A stretch of 64,000 nucleotides of DNA from Oikopleura dioica. Lineage: Eukaryota > Animalia > Chordata. Under the pieces are notes generated by a model, which was not told where the DNA came from, did no database searches, and saw only the letters and a list, made by a program, of their open reading frames with translations. The stretch spans positions 15,449,208 through 15,513,207 of the forward strand of contig OU015568.1 in the NCBI GenBank assembly GCA_907165135.1, read 5' to 3'. The position numbers were made by a program, and so were the translations under genes. Below, in pieces: positions 14,254-28,019 of this stretch. Each line of letters opens with the position of its first letter. The first letter of the stretch is position 1.

Positions 14254-16493
14254 CGTGTTCTACTGACAGTAGGAGCGAAATACGCTTATATAAATGGCCA
14301 CAGTATAAATATTAGTTGACTTGATATTTGCGTTTCTCATCTTTATGAGCCCTCTTTATTAGTATGCTTGAATTTCTCCAAGCAAGATTCTTGATCAATT
14401 AATAGACTTTACGAAAATTCTGTCTCTTCCGCGCATGAATTTTCATACAGAACCCTAGAGCCGATAAGTGGCACTACAGTAAACGTTGCATCAAACTCGA
14501 TAGAAAAATTTTCATTTCAGGAAAATGTGACGTAAAAATGTGGCATGGCATTTTCGCGCTTTTATTTCACTCCGTTCACACCGCCGCGCAATATGCCTTC
14601 TATTTCACTTATCACGTGATACATTCACTTCAGAATTCTACAGAGTGTTCTCATTATAGCGACTTGTTTCTTGTCCATTTGAGGCTTTTTATTGGTTGTT
14701 TCCATAGAAGAGGTCTTCGAAAAATGGTAAAAATCGTCAATTGAGTGAATACAGTCATGAAACCAATTTTTCGAAAAAGAAATCTGTCTTTCTCCTTAGA
14801 GCCAAAAACCAGAGACCGCAAAATAGAGCGGCACCTGGAGAAATGGGTGTTTAGAAAACGCACGCCGCTAATTTCGCGCGGATGGAACTGGCGAGAGTTA
14901 ATTTTATTTGCGAAACCGTTTCTTCGCGAAATGATCTTCTTTACCAAATTGCAATTCGAAAAGAAGATAATACCGGCGATGGGGTTCGTGTTTTTGCGAA
15001 AAAAATAAGCTGAGATCGTGGACAGCCGATTTCACTAGAACTTTTCTAGCTTCTCGAAAGAAATTTCACGAAAAATTTTATTCGGTCAAAAAAATTAAGG
15101 GTGTCACATCGTTCTCTTATTGTAGCTTCGAATCGAAGCCTTCGATGTTATATGTAGAGATTATCGTCTATTTGGGTGCATTTTGCTCTACTGTACTTGT
15201 TTATCTGATGTTTTTAAATCCCTTATTTGTGTTATCTAAACCTCCCGGCGTCTTATAAACGTTTAGAAATCCGAGTGTGCATCCTGCGAAGTGCCCTTTT
15301 GCTTGAGCTTCTTTTTTTTCGGAAAAAATCGGCGGGCCCGTTCGCTCTCGTTACGGAACACTCACATCCTGTTGGTGCACATCGACCCTGTACTTTTCGG
15401 GCCTTTTTTCGCAGCGCCAATTTCGCAAATATTATACAAGCAGCAAAAGACTACAATTACCAGCAACTAAAGGGGGCTTATCCTCAAGATTAGATCAGAG
15501 GAATACAGAGGGAGAGACAGAAGACATCAGAAGTTGGGTTTTAAATTGGACGATGACAGATTTTGCCAAGATTAAATGTGGATTTTCTGACGAAGTAAAA
15601 TCGACTTACGAGTGTGGTCAAACGTGCCAGGTGGAATTGAAGCCCCATAATTCGTAAATTGTATTTTAGCCCCGACAAGCTGCCACCACCAAACGGATGC
15701 TTGTCACCTTATCAGACGGAAAAAGTTCTTTCGATTTAGCAAATTGCCCACGTTTTGGACTCAGAATCTAATCACTTGACAAGGTTTCACTACTTTTGTG
15801 AACTGTTTACAGTATACTCTTTTTGAGAAGAGACTCAAGGTTCTTTCGGTTCATTCCTGATAAAAATCAAAGAGTTTATGCGCAAGATTAAATCTTAATT
15901 TGATTCTCCCTGAACCTGTCCCTTTCTCTTTAGAAAACGATTTTTTCAAAGGATCCACCCTTAATTTCATAAATCAAGTTGATTATCGAATATGAAAAGA
16001 AACTGTTTTCCCTTGATTTTGTACGCTTTTATTGCAAAATTATCAACGCAAATTTTATTGCGTTTGAAATTGCAGTTACCTTTGAAAGTCAAAAATTGAA
16101 TTAAAACCTGATAAAAAATGAAAAATCGAAACTTTTGAGCTTTCTTGCGTCGCATATTTTTTGAAGCTGACGTTTACAAAAATATTCGATTAGTTGTGAA
16201 CCTGTCTTTGTCGAATTGGGAACTTGACGGTTCCATTGTTTGATCACGTGAGGAAATATCGTGACGAGTGGAAGGCGCATTTGACGAAATCCACGATGCA
16301 ATGGGACCGGGCGGATAAAATTCCACGCAACAGTGGAATTCCTCTTTCCTAACTCAGGAATCCCGAAACGCCACGATACATCGATAGGATAATTCCACTG
16401 TTAGAATTTGACTGCAATCTTCATTACAGAAACAAGGATTGAGCTGAATTTAGTGTCGTTTTTTTTTTATTCACAGAATGAGATTATTTTTAT

Positions 16494-18682
16494 TCAATTT
16501 CCAAAATGGAGTTGATGATTAAGAAGTTGTTCTAACTTCTCCTCAGTATAGGAAAGAGAAATTGTATAAGCTTGAGGGAGTAAATACCACTTGTTTTTTT
16601 CCATGCTACTAACATTTTCATTAACCAGAGTCATAAATTCTTGATCTTTCCCAATATATCGGAAATCGCCCGTTTCTTCACTGTAGGATCTTGAAACCAT
16701 TTCATCATTGGCGTAATAAGGATTTCTTAGCGGTATTTTCACTGTCATTTTATCTGTTTTCAAATCGGTATTTTGAACGATGTATTCGTCGTTCTCAATC
16801 CTATCAACAACCATTTGATGAAAGTAGACATCATTGTCATCACGTAGATAAGCCGCTGTGACAGTAAGTGGACGTTCGAATTTGTAATTTTCATGAAGCA
16901 AAACTTCAAAACTATTTATATACGTTTAAACCGAATGTTAAACCTGATTCAAAGTCGAAAATAGTTTCTTCCAAGTCGGTTTTCAGTAATTTTATCATGT
17001 CCCAGCCACTTGGACAGATATATGTCTTGAACTTTAGCCGTCTAAGAAGTAAATCGATCTCACTTTGTTGAAAATCTTTCTCCAAGTCAGTCGGGTTAAG
17101 ATTGAGACCCGCCAAGCTTCGAGGATAAACAATCATTGTCAATGCAGAGAATATATATTCAAATGACCACATAAAATTTTCTTTAACACCAAGATCGTTT
17201 TTAATGGCGTGTCGTATAAGTGTTGTTATCGTTATTGGAACGCAGAGACTGGTGTCTCTCTGATCAAGTACATTTCTTGTTATATAATTGAAGTCTGAGC
17301 ATGTATATTTATTTAAGCTTTGACGAAGATCTGACATTCCAATAGATTTTGTCAGATTTGGATCGTCAAGCATCAATGATGGCGAAGCGTTTTTTAATGA
17401 TACTATTGAAGAAAATTGTCTCAATTGCCACCATGTTGCATATTTTCGTTTTAGCCACTGTGCATTAGAAGACTAAAACTTCGAAAATCATAAGGATTTA
17501 TCAAATAATTACTTCTAAAATTGATGAAATCTCCTCTTCCCCTTTCTCGTCGATTGGATTGAAAATAAGACTCCAAGCTGTTTTCCAATCGCAGAACATG
17601 AAAATCACCCAATTTGAAGACATTTCGGAGCCATAATTTATGCCGCAATTATTTTAGGTTCGCCATTTTTTAACATAACATTATCTGGCTTTATATCCCG
17701 GTGCGTAATGTTTTGTGCAAACAAATATTGTTCTGCCAAGCCAATTTTACTTGACATAGTTTTTCGTTCGAGTACGGTCAAATCTTCATCCTTGAGTCGC
17801 TTTCGTAAATTTTCATCGCAGAACTCCATTATTGTTATCCAACCTATGCAATCATCGCATTCAAAATCAAGACGGTAAAAAATTTCGACATTAACAAAAT
17901 GTTTGATGATATTATCATGATAAGGGATCGTATTTGGCCAGCTTTCAGTTTCATCGCAAAATGGTGTGTACTCTTAATGACTTTCTTGAACTTAATGGTC
18001 AATCAAGCATACCGGAGGAGAAATGAAATCGAAAATCTAAATCTTCAAAAGAAATTTGATTCGTGAATAAAGCTGGATCGAATGCTTGAACTCTTACTGC
18101 CATTTCAATTTGTCCAAATATCTGTTTGACGACTAAAGCTTCTCCTCCAACAGCTAAAACATCCACCAGTAATGAATTATCCAGAAACCATCTTCCTCGC
18201 TCCTCTTTCAACTCCGATCTGTATATGGTTTTATCCATCAAGGCTGGATTATTATTGAGAAGCGGAATTTGAAATCCATTGGGGTCTATCTCTGATTGCA
18301 TATTCCCAAAATTAGAAAACCCATAGAAATTTAAGTCTGCCTGCATATCTGGAATTCGCCACGCAACTTCTATCTTTGATGGAGCTTTTCCATTTGGGGT
18401 CTCTCCAGATTTAGCAAAAAGTTTGACCCAGCCTCCAAGTTGCATGAATCTTCTTCCAAGCTCCATTCGACCGATAGATAAAATAAGTCTATCCTTATCA
18501 TTTCTAGATGTCTCCCGTTTTATTTTCGGAAAAAAATTCTTCAACCAGTTTTCGACGTTCTCTTTAGTCAATGGCGGTGGGTGAGTTCCAATTTTACACG
18601 AAACAAGAACATTTTCGCAAGAATCATCTGATTCGTACTCAAAAAAATCTTGCCGCGGTCTTAGCTCATATTGACGTATCAT
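16494..18682 (-). pseudogene. Protein kinase-papain-like cysteine protease fusion, copy 1 (DFG/activation segment deleted)
   Basis: GGEALVV...MAVRVQ, HRDIKPDNVML, then DQRDTSLC and FHQMVVDRIENDEYIVQN. At about 17650 the sequence jumps from PKII into the CDWKTAW region out of frame, relative to copy 2. Start codon uncertain. Confidence 0.75.
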
Positions 18683-20473
18683 ATGGACTCCAGACAAAAG
18701 TGTAAACGCTGAACTCGCAAAACTTTCTTTGTTTTTCTCAACGAAGTGCGAGTTACATCTTAGCTCCTGTTTATTTTCATAGAATGCAAGTTTCTCTCGA
18801 AAGATTTGTAAAGACAAGTGAAAGTTTCGAAGAAAATTGTTGACTTTCTCGCCCGAAAACAATTTAAGAAATAACAAGCACGCGTGGATAAAGAATCTCA
18901 AATCTGGCGCGTGTTTAAACGTTGGGTTGGTGATTTTACTCTTACGACTTAGATTTCACGCTTCTCGTCGGGAGACGCGCGCCGCAGCAGAAAAGTACAC
19001 CCTTCGATAATTCCCTTGCTATTTTCTCTTGCATATGTATTTTGGCAGGGCATCGAATTTTCCGCTCGCAAATGCGCGCCTTTAGATATGCACAAATTTT
19101 GGAAATCAAATTCAAATCCAAGCGCAAATGATTCTTTATCCAATTTTCTTACTTGAAAGGAGCTAGCCGTAATTCTGTTTTTGATGCCATGATCCAACGC
19201 CGTCAAAATGACCTTTGCTTTCCGAGAAAGCGGCCCCTGTCACTTTCGAAAGCAATCGAATTTGCGGACAACTCAAAAAGTCATCGAATATCAACTTGGG
19301 CCGCTGTTCAAAATCAGCGAAAAACTGCAAAATCGCGATTTTAAGCAACTTTCAGTATATTCTCTTGTAAGCTTCTCGTGAGTTTGTTTTTCACCTTTTT
19401 AAATGAGCAAAAACGACTAATCTTTTCTATTAAATAATTTGTAAATATTCGTTAGAACGTGTTGGATAAGGTGACCGGATTGAAATTGACAAGGTAACGA
19501 GCAGCCGCTTGTTCCGCAAAGCAAGTGACAATTGATCATGTTATGTGTTCACTCGCTATTACAAGTATTTTTTGTAACAAAGCGGCGAACAGATCTTAGT
19601 TTACTTGTAACTCATTATCCATTGTAATAATTTGTTATAATAATTTATCCAACGTCATTATTTTTAATGATTTACGCTCAGCATTAAAACTTCTTGCTTT
19701 CCCTGACGACTTTTATAATCAAGAAACGGGAAATAAGCAAAGGTTGCACTTTTTCTTTTGGCCATGATAAAATTGCGAATGCAAGTTTCTTTTTCAAGTT
19801 GCATCTGCTTGTTACAAGAAAAGAAGACAAGATAAGTGGGAGAATAATTGGCGTTAAACGTATGTATCACAATAAGGGACATCGTCAATTACGTCCGCAA
19901 GACGGGAAGGGGGCAAAATCTCACGGCTCTTCTGACGTACACTTGCTGTATATTTCGCGGTTTACCGAAACGACGCAATTTTCACTTGAATAGCTTATTG
20001 AATCGCAATCTTCGGAAAACAGAGTGACACCCTTATTTCACTTCGCAAAATAAGGGCCTTAGCCTTACTCTCAACCTAACCCTAACCCTACGAAACTGAG
20101 TCTTGTTGGGCGGTGAGTAATTAAAGGTGTTTTAAATTAGGATGAACTCTCTCCTTGCGCCGTGGCGGGTGAAAACGAAAAGATGGAACTTCGCGACCTT
20201 TGTCGCTTTATCACTCCACCTGATCAGTGCACTCTCGGACCTAATGATTTTACGCTGAACTCGTCACTTCCATACTTATCCCATTTTCACCAGCGTCATT
20301 ATTTAGAAAGATTCTGGCATCGAGACAAAGTGAACAAAATGGCACTTTGTTTGTGCAAATCTTATCAATTAGAAATCTCAGTCTCTTTATTTGGTCTTTA
20401 CAGAATCGTTTTTAATGAAAAATAACAGTAAAAACAACATTGTCCAATGACAAATTCAGAAATTTTAAAAATT

Positions 20474-20671
20474 CTAGTTTTTCTTTGAGAAAAAATTCAA
20501 AATAGCTTTTTTGTAGCGCCTCCTGAATTTTCTTGCTTGCCGGTTTGTAGACTCGCTAGATCTGCGTCTCATACTGTAAGCTACGTTATTTCCAAGTCTG
20601 TTGTATCCAATCAAATCGGCGGCGACGAAGGTCGTGGATGATAATGCCAGGGTGATGATGGAAGGCTTCAT
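20474..20671 (-). CDS. Small secreted cationic peptide precursor (65 aa)
   Basis: Signal-like N-terminus, RRR sites, basic C-terminal segment; TATATAAA about 50 bp upstream and AATAAA at about 20386-20391 (minus strand). Confidence 0.65.
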   Translation of the reverse strand: MKPSIITLALSSTTFVAADLIGYNRLGNNVAYSMRRRSSESTNRQARKFRRRYKKAILNFFSKKN

Positions 20672-21925
20672 CTTGGGAAAATACTATTACAGTATAAATT
20701 CAATGGAAAAGCGTCTTGATTTATATACAAAAAGTTACATAAGAGTTCTTACGTAACACTTTATGATAATATCCTTCCATATGTCACTGCCAAGGATGCA
20801 GAATCGTCGCTGTTGTAGACAGGATATTCTTCCACCTTGATTCCATTTTTGGGATCGATTCTAACAGAAAACGAAGCACTGATCTCATCCTGTCTTGTCG
20901 ACGAGTTTTGCCATCTCTTTTATGTATGCTCAGCTCGATAAATTATTATTCTTAGAATTCTAGTTGATGTCCGGTCCAAACAAGTTCCACTATCTTATCA
21001 AAAATGGGATGAAAGAGTGTTGATCTTGTTCCAATCCTTCCAGAACAACTTCCTACTTACCCTTGGCTTTGGCGTGCAGACAGCAGATCGTCGAAAAATC
21101 CACTGCCCAAAGTTATTTTATTCCGTGGCATACATTTTTCTGGCGCTGGAAAAGCAAAATTCACTGTATTAAACTTTAAATTGAAATCTTGCCACTTGGA
21201 GTAATCTCTAAGGGCCATCGTCAAAAGGGTTCCAAAAGGAGCTTTCAGCATCCACGTATAATCCGATGCCGATCTGTATGTGATAATCTACCCATTAATA
21301 TTCACACACGAAGCTCATCCCTAAGTGCCCAGTCGTGGCGAGCTCCTTAGGTCCTTACCATTCCCCGGCCCGCTGCCAGTTTCAAACTTTTCTGACCCTA
21401 GCAACAGTTAAACTAGCAGAAATCAACAATCTTGATTTCCAAACGCACAAATGCAAATCGAGGCCATAGCTGGTGTGGACTAGGAAAGTTGGAGTGAGCA
21501 TGAATTTGCAAAATTATGGCAAGATGTTCTGCGCGGAATGCGTTTATACGGCCGTGGGAAAACCTCCAGCGCGAGAGATGGCAGCCAGACACTAAATCGC
21601 GCAATTTTTGTGTTTTCGAAAAATGTTCAGCATGATTTTGAACGATTACGAGCTGTTTTGAGCGCTAAAAGGGATACGATCGGTTTAATCAAATTTTTAT
21701 GACGTATTTTTAGTTTAGTATGTGCTTCGTTTTCTCTATAATCATTCGAAATATGAAGAAAAAAAAAGGAAATTTATAACATATTTTGTTGGGCGGATAT
21801 TGCCTGTCATGCGCACTCTATTCTGACTTGATTCAAGAGAGCACTAAAAATTCTTACAATGCTAATTTGCCTTTTCATAAGCGTGCGAAACGCCTATATA
21901 GAGATCAGTTCGTCAATTTTCGGAT

Positions 21926-22581
21926 ATGTCTGAAGTGATTGAAAATGAGTCCAGTGGAACAGAAGATCTCGACGAGACTATTGAGACGAGTACTAGAAAG
22001 CTGAAAACAGATAGAATCGCTTTGATAAAGAATAAAAACCGCCAAAGAAAAAGAAAAATGAGGGAGATTGACGCCGAGCTCGCAGAAACTCGGGATAAAA
22101 ATCAAAAGCTCGAGCATGATTTTAAAGAGAAACAGGATCAAATCGCTTCTTTGAGGGAAAATCTTCGTAAAAATGTGAAAGAAAAGGATGAAAATAACAA
22201 GAAGCTTGCGAAACTTCTCAATGATAAGAAAATTTTACAACTAGTGCATGAACGAGAATCGCTGGATGTTCTCGGTAAATACCGTTTTTCTTCGAAAGAA
22301 ACGGGGTAAAATCGTATTTTTAGAAGAGATTGACGAAGACTTCATTAAGGAAGCGGTTGATTGTAGAGTTTGTTTGGATTCATACAATTCTTCGACAAGG
22401 TAGGAAATTCAGTATTGGTCACATTTGCAGGTTGATATACTGTGAATTTTTTAGGCAAAAAGTATGTCTGATTTCCTGTGGCCACCAATTTTGCAATCAG
22501 TGCATCAACTCCTTAATCGAAAAATTTTGTCCCACCTGTAGAAGAGAATTCAGCGAAAATCAAATTCTAAAGCTTTTCTGA
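21926..22581 (+). CDS. Coiled-coil protein with C-terminal C3HC4 RING finger (3 exons)
   Basis: Exons 21926-22274, 22324-22399 and 22455-22581 with GT-AG introns give CRVC...CGHQFCNQC...CPTCR. TATA at about 21895, AATAAA at about 22584. Confidence 0.9.
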
Positions 22582-25013
22582 GCAATAAAATAAGCCTTTC
22601 TATGAAATAATAAGCAACAATTTTAAAAGTCAATTTAAGTATTCTATAGAACGAAAAATTGGTTGAGTAAGAGACCCCTATTTTAGACTCTTTCGTCAAG
22701 TATGCAGGCAGCTGACATTATCTAAACGGATTTAGGGATTTGGCCCTTTTGAGGATCTAGGAAGGTCATCGACTCGCTGCGGTCAGTCCAGATTTCACTT
22801 TCTAAGACGATAAGACTCTTCTAAGGCCCAGTTTCTAACGCAATCGTCCTACATCTTTACATTTTTGAAGCAATATTCAAAATTGCAAATGTTCAATTTC
22901 AGAAAAAAAAGAATAGATTACGTAAAACGGCGAATAATTGCTCCCCGTCATGAAAACAGTGATGGATGTCCGTTCATAGAAACATCAATCGACAGGTGTT
23001 GCTTGCGCTCATGGCTGACAGAAGTTGCGACTGCCGCGCTAAATTCATTATGATTAACAATTTGTGCATTACAAGGATGATCCCAGCTTATGCGCACCAG
23101 TCTGCCAAGAGCGTTGTCCGACGCAAAGTACCACTCGACTGTTATCTCCTTATTAAACCCTTACTCAGCCGAATTGTCATGCGCTGCTGATGTTGCCGTT
23201 CTACTGTACTGTAATTAAGAAATTGGGATATCGACAGTTTCTTTTTTGGTTGAAGCTCTTTGGATCTTATCTTGTTTTTTGACTGTATTACAGGCTGTTC
23301 AGAAGCTATGAAAAAGATTTACAAGTCGGCTTAGGGAATGCTCGATGACGTATTTTTTGCTTGTTAGAGCTTCAATTTTTCTGATAGCTTAGTATTTAGG
23401 AGGACTAAGAAGATTAAGTCTTTCTGAAAATTGGCTCATTTCTTAAAACAAACTTAAGGGTAGATGGCTCGAATCAACGAGAAATTAGGGCAATATTGAC
23501 CGAGATTTGGACCAAATTCTAGACAAATCAGATTTCCGCATTCGGCTGGTAGGCCAATCAGATTTCATAAAAAAAGTTAAGAGTTCTGTCTCGACCCCAA
23601 AATTAATGTCTTATTTTTTTCATGAAAAGCAAAAAAAAAATTTTTTTATCCTTTTTCTGACTCATATTTGAAGAAAATTTTCAATAAGTAAAAGTGTAAA
23701 TTGAATCAAGGAAGATGACTTTGGGTCGGTACGTTGCCAAAATGTTTGAAAAACATTGTTATAATGCAAATGCAAGGGATGAAGTTTCTTCCGCGTATTC
23801 TGCCACATCCTGACAACAAGCTGGACACCGTTGACCTTATCACGTGAACGTGTTCCCAGCGTTTTACATTTTATTTTGAAAAGATTCGATTAGGCCTCCA
23901 AGAAACTTTCCCTAACGGTCAATTAGTGATATTTAGCAGGTTGGAGGAGAAGCAAAAATTCGCTGAGTTTTAGAAATCTGAGACGAGAGGAACGACCAAA
24001 TTATGGGTTTATCAGCTCAATTTGGACAGTTTAGCTATTTTTCCTAAAGCAACTGTATCTTGCTTATTATTTGGCATTTGGAAAACTTCTCCTTTTTTAA
24101 AAACAAAAGAAATCAAAATGAGTTTTTTTCTGCTCTTGAACTTTAAATGACATGATTAATCGTCCTCAGATAAAATGTCGAAAAGTTAACTAATCTTACA
24201 AATCGGTCAAAGTATAAACACACGTTTTTGACATTGAGGTTCCGTTTCATTTGACGATAATTCATCATCAAAAATTTGATAAATGAGAAGCTTCTTTAGA
24301 AGAAAAAAACTACAGAATAGAAAACGCTCCATTTTGGTAACTACGGTCAGTGAAGGCTGACGGTTGAATCGAGCTTTATCTCCTTAATTTGCGGCGAAAT
24401 GGGCAGGCTCGGTTCTTTGAAACGTTCGAGCGCGGGACATTGGCGATGGAGTCCCCGAGTTCTAGTGGCGACGGGCTCTATCTGTTATTTCTGTCAAAGT
24501 GGCCGCCTCGAAAGAGCTCAACAACTTGGAAACAAGTGAACCGGCTGCGCTCAATTTACATTTCCAATTGCTTCTCTTTTTCTAATTGAAATTGAGTTTC
24601 GCGTTTAGAATAAAAAATCAGCTGTGAAAAGAAAGATCGAAAAAAGGGGGTAAAATTCTGCTGGAATCCGAATTCAAGCATCGTATCTCAGAAATAAAAG
24701 AATCCTTGCAATTTCCGTCATCACTTCGCAAAAATTCTTGATCGAAGATTTTCGTGATTTTCCCACGATTTTTTGGTACGACTCATTTCCCCGATTTTTT
24801 TCGTTGTAGCTAGTATGATGGTTTCAAAGCATCTTTATCAAGTGTCCTTGTTTTTTCGTATCAGCAGAGAGGTAATTAAAATCTTCTTCGTCATCATTTG
24901 GTGTCAACCTATAAAACCGGCTCTTTCGAGCAATAAAACCTGACGACAGTAAAAACTGATAGGAGGTTGTTATCATAGCGGAAAGCATTCGTATTCATCA
25001 TATATTTTCCAAC

Positions 25014-27418
25014 ATGAAGGTCACTTCTCACCAAAAAGAATTAACTAAAGAAAAAGTCGTGTCATGGTTAGAAAATTTTACAAAGAAATTGGAAAGATGG
25101 ACGAGCAGAGATGATTTGGATAGATTGATTTTATCCGCTGAGAGAATGTATTTTCAAGAAGAAGATGGTTCTGAGTGGACACAAATGGAAATCCAAGATG
25201 AAGAGGCGATCGTATTATTTTCAGGAGAGCGTGAAAAATTTAAGTTGAATTTGTTTCAGAAGAAAATTCTCGCTGAAAATCCTGAGTTTCGCGGAAGAAT
25301 TATTCGACGAACAGATTTAAAAGAAGAAGTTGGGGATTGGATTCTCGACAATTCTTTTCAGGAGAAATTACTATCAAGTGGTGGAGAAGCGATCGTTTTG
25401 AAAGAGAAATTTGAAGGACTTGAGCTTGCTGTTCGAGTTCAATGCTTTGATCCAGCGTTATTTACAAAGAAAAAGAATGAAGAAATGAAATTTGAAATCA
25501 ATCTTTCAAAAGACTTTGAAATCGCCGAAGATTTTATGCCATATAGTCCATCTCTAGGCCTCGGACGTAAAAAATCATCACCACCAGCCGGTCGTCGTAC
25601 GGTAACAAGAGTAGGCTCATTCGAAATCTCTTAAAAAGGGCTTTCTGTTAAGCTAATAAAAAAACTGGGCCCTGTCCTCCTTTTTCGAGATATTTGATTT
25701 TGAAGGTAAGCTTCGAAAAATATTTTTCAAAATAACTCGTAACAGAAAGGGACGTCTTTTTTACGTCCGAGGCCTATCCATCTCCCGAAGATCAACGGCG
25801 AAACGGACTAAATGGCATTCCATCGCATCCAAATGTGATCAAACACTTTTGCAATATAGAGATCTTCTCAACTATTGATGATGATCAGGAAGATTGCCTT
25901 GGCTGGGTGACAATCATGGAATGTTGTGATGCTGATCTAAGAAGCAGGCTGAAGGCGAATGACTTAACTTTAGATGAAAGAAAAAGAATTGCGATTGGAG
26001 TCTGGAATGGATTGGAATATTTCGGGAAAATAGGGATCAGGCATGAAGACCAAAAGCCCGAAAATATTCTTCTCAGAGATGGAGAAGCAATATGGATCGA
26101 TTTCGGCATACTCAGAGATGTAACGGGAAGAAAGAGTTATCGTCAAATGGGTTACACGCGTCGAGGAAGCAAGTACATGAGGATCAGTAGCCTTTGTGAG
26201 TTTGCAGTAGACGTATTCTTTTTATATTCGCTTTTTATCTAGATGCTGGCTCTGCCGCATTTGCTGGTAGTTACTCACTTTGTGGTAGGCCAGGTATTGG
26301 TGGTAATATCATGTATATTCTTATTCTTTGCGACTGGAAGACTGGATGGTATCTATGTTTTCATCCAATTGATGATGGTACACAAACAATGATTGGCGAA
26401 GAGCTCGAGGTAAGAGGATCACCTAAAATCGCTTTTAAAAAATACAAAAGGCCTGTAATGCAGAGTGGCTGACAGTTACTGAGCTAAGCAAATACTCAAA
26501 GCCAGTACAAAAAATAGAAAATGTATCGAAAATTGTTTCGCTCAAAAACATTCCTTCTCATATTTGTCTTGACGACGAGAATTTGACGAAGTCTTATGGG
26601 ATGGCATTCCTGAAACAACGTCTGACCAGATATCTAAATAAGGATTTTGAAAATTTGACAAAGAATGTTCTCGATCAAGGAGACAGCGATCTTTGCGTTC
26701 CCATTTCGGTCAGTGTTCTTATCCGATGGGCAATCAAGAATGATGTGAAGCTTGACGAGTCGTACATGGACTATATTCTGCAAACATATTTCAGTATTGA
26801 TATAATTTTCCCTACATTAACGATGATTGTTTATCCTCGGAGTCTTGCTGGATTTACTCTCAACCCGAAACGAGAAGAAAAAGGATTCCAAGAAAACAAA
26901 ATCGAGCTTCTTTTGAAGCGACTCAAGTATCCAACTTATTTCTTTGAAAGTGGATGGAATATGATCAGAAATTTTGGAACGACGATGGTCAATGCTGAGT
27001 TTGACTATGAAGAAGGTTCACTTTTAAGTAAAGTCTTTTATTTATTCTTGATTTAGTACTTCTTCACGAAAAATTTTCCTTTTCCCGTCCATTAACTGTA
27101 ACTGGCGCCTATCTTAACACTGACGGCAGCGTTGACTTTCACCAAATGACTGTAGATCGGATCGAGAATAAAGAGTATATTCTTCAAAATACTCTCACCT
27201 CTCATTCTCCATTCCAAATAAAAATTCCGCTAAAAAGACAATACTACGCTACATACGAAATGATGGAAGAGTGTTTAGATTTTTTCAACGATTATGTTTT
27301 CTATGGACCAAACAACGAGTTTTTAATGCTGGCTAACGAAGAATTCAACATGAAAGAAAAAACATGGTATCTTTTACCACAAGCTTACTCAATCGCTCTT
27401 ACCCCTGTACAATTGTAA
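25014..27418 (+). CDS. Protein kinase-papain-like cysteine protease fusion, copy 2 (interrupted by a MITE, otherwise intact)
   Basis: GGEAIV...LAVRVQ, HEDQKPENILL, IDFG, then DQGDSDLC and FHQMTVDRIENKEYILQN. Short GT-AG introns. Removing the MITE plus one target-duplication copy restores the frame (PYSPSPEDQRRNG). Confidence 0.8.
25555..25776. mobile_element. hAT-type MITE inserted in a coding exon
   Basis: TIR TAGGCCTCGGACGTAAAAAA; exact 8-bp target duplication TCCATCTC at 25547-25554 and 25777-25784. Confidence 0.92.
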
Positions 27419-27860
27419 ATAGAAGATCATTTTCAACTCATGAGAAGATCTAAGCACCTGTTACTTAAGAATTAAAGAGCGAAAGACACGAACGAAGCTT
27501 GTTAGGTGTCCATTTCTTAACTTAATACGCCCTTAATATCCTTAGGAGACGCATCTTAAACGCCTTCGCGCAATTCACGTTTTCATAATATTGCCCTTTC
27601 GAATTCGGTAAATTTTAAACAAATTAAGTGCGAGGGGGCGTAAACTAAATATGAAAAGAAAACCGAGACGATTATTAATTAAGAATTCTGCGCGAAATGC
27701 AAATTTATTCTATTTTCTTGCTGAAAAACATGCAAAATTACAAGCAAATTCTCAAATCATCATTTGAGTCAAGATTCGTTTGCTTCAAAAACAGCATCAT
27801 CGGAAAATCCATCAGATGGTTCTTCTTGCTCAGAGGTCAACTGACAGGACATCTTATTCT

Positions 27861-28019
27861 GGGGAGGTGTCTGAAACCGACAAAAAAATTTCGACAAATT
27901 TTGCGTGGAAATTTTCAACCAATCAGAAGCCTGGATTCAGCTCACCGGCCAATCAGCAGCCGAGTAGCCGCCCACGCAAAATTTGTCGAAATTTTTTGTC
28001 GGTTCCAGACGCCATCCCC
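27861..28019. repeat. Foldback (long inverted repeat) element
   Basis: GGTGTCTGAAACCGACAAAAAAATTTCGACAAATTTTGCGTGG and its near-perfect reverse complement about 60 bp later. Confidence 0.7.

Noticed and set aside
15480-15660. Tc1 transposase (FSDE) or MATH-domain fragment
   Set aside because: Only a few matching residues, no TIRs or further motifs; cannot distinguish from chance.
20760-21410. CUB-like multi-exon gene on the minus strand (YTWMLKAPFG)
   Set aside because: One weak motif, cysteines missing, exons could not be joined convincingly.
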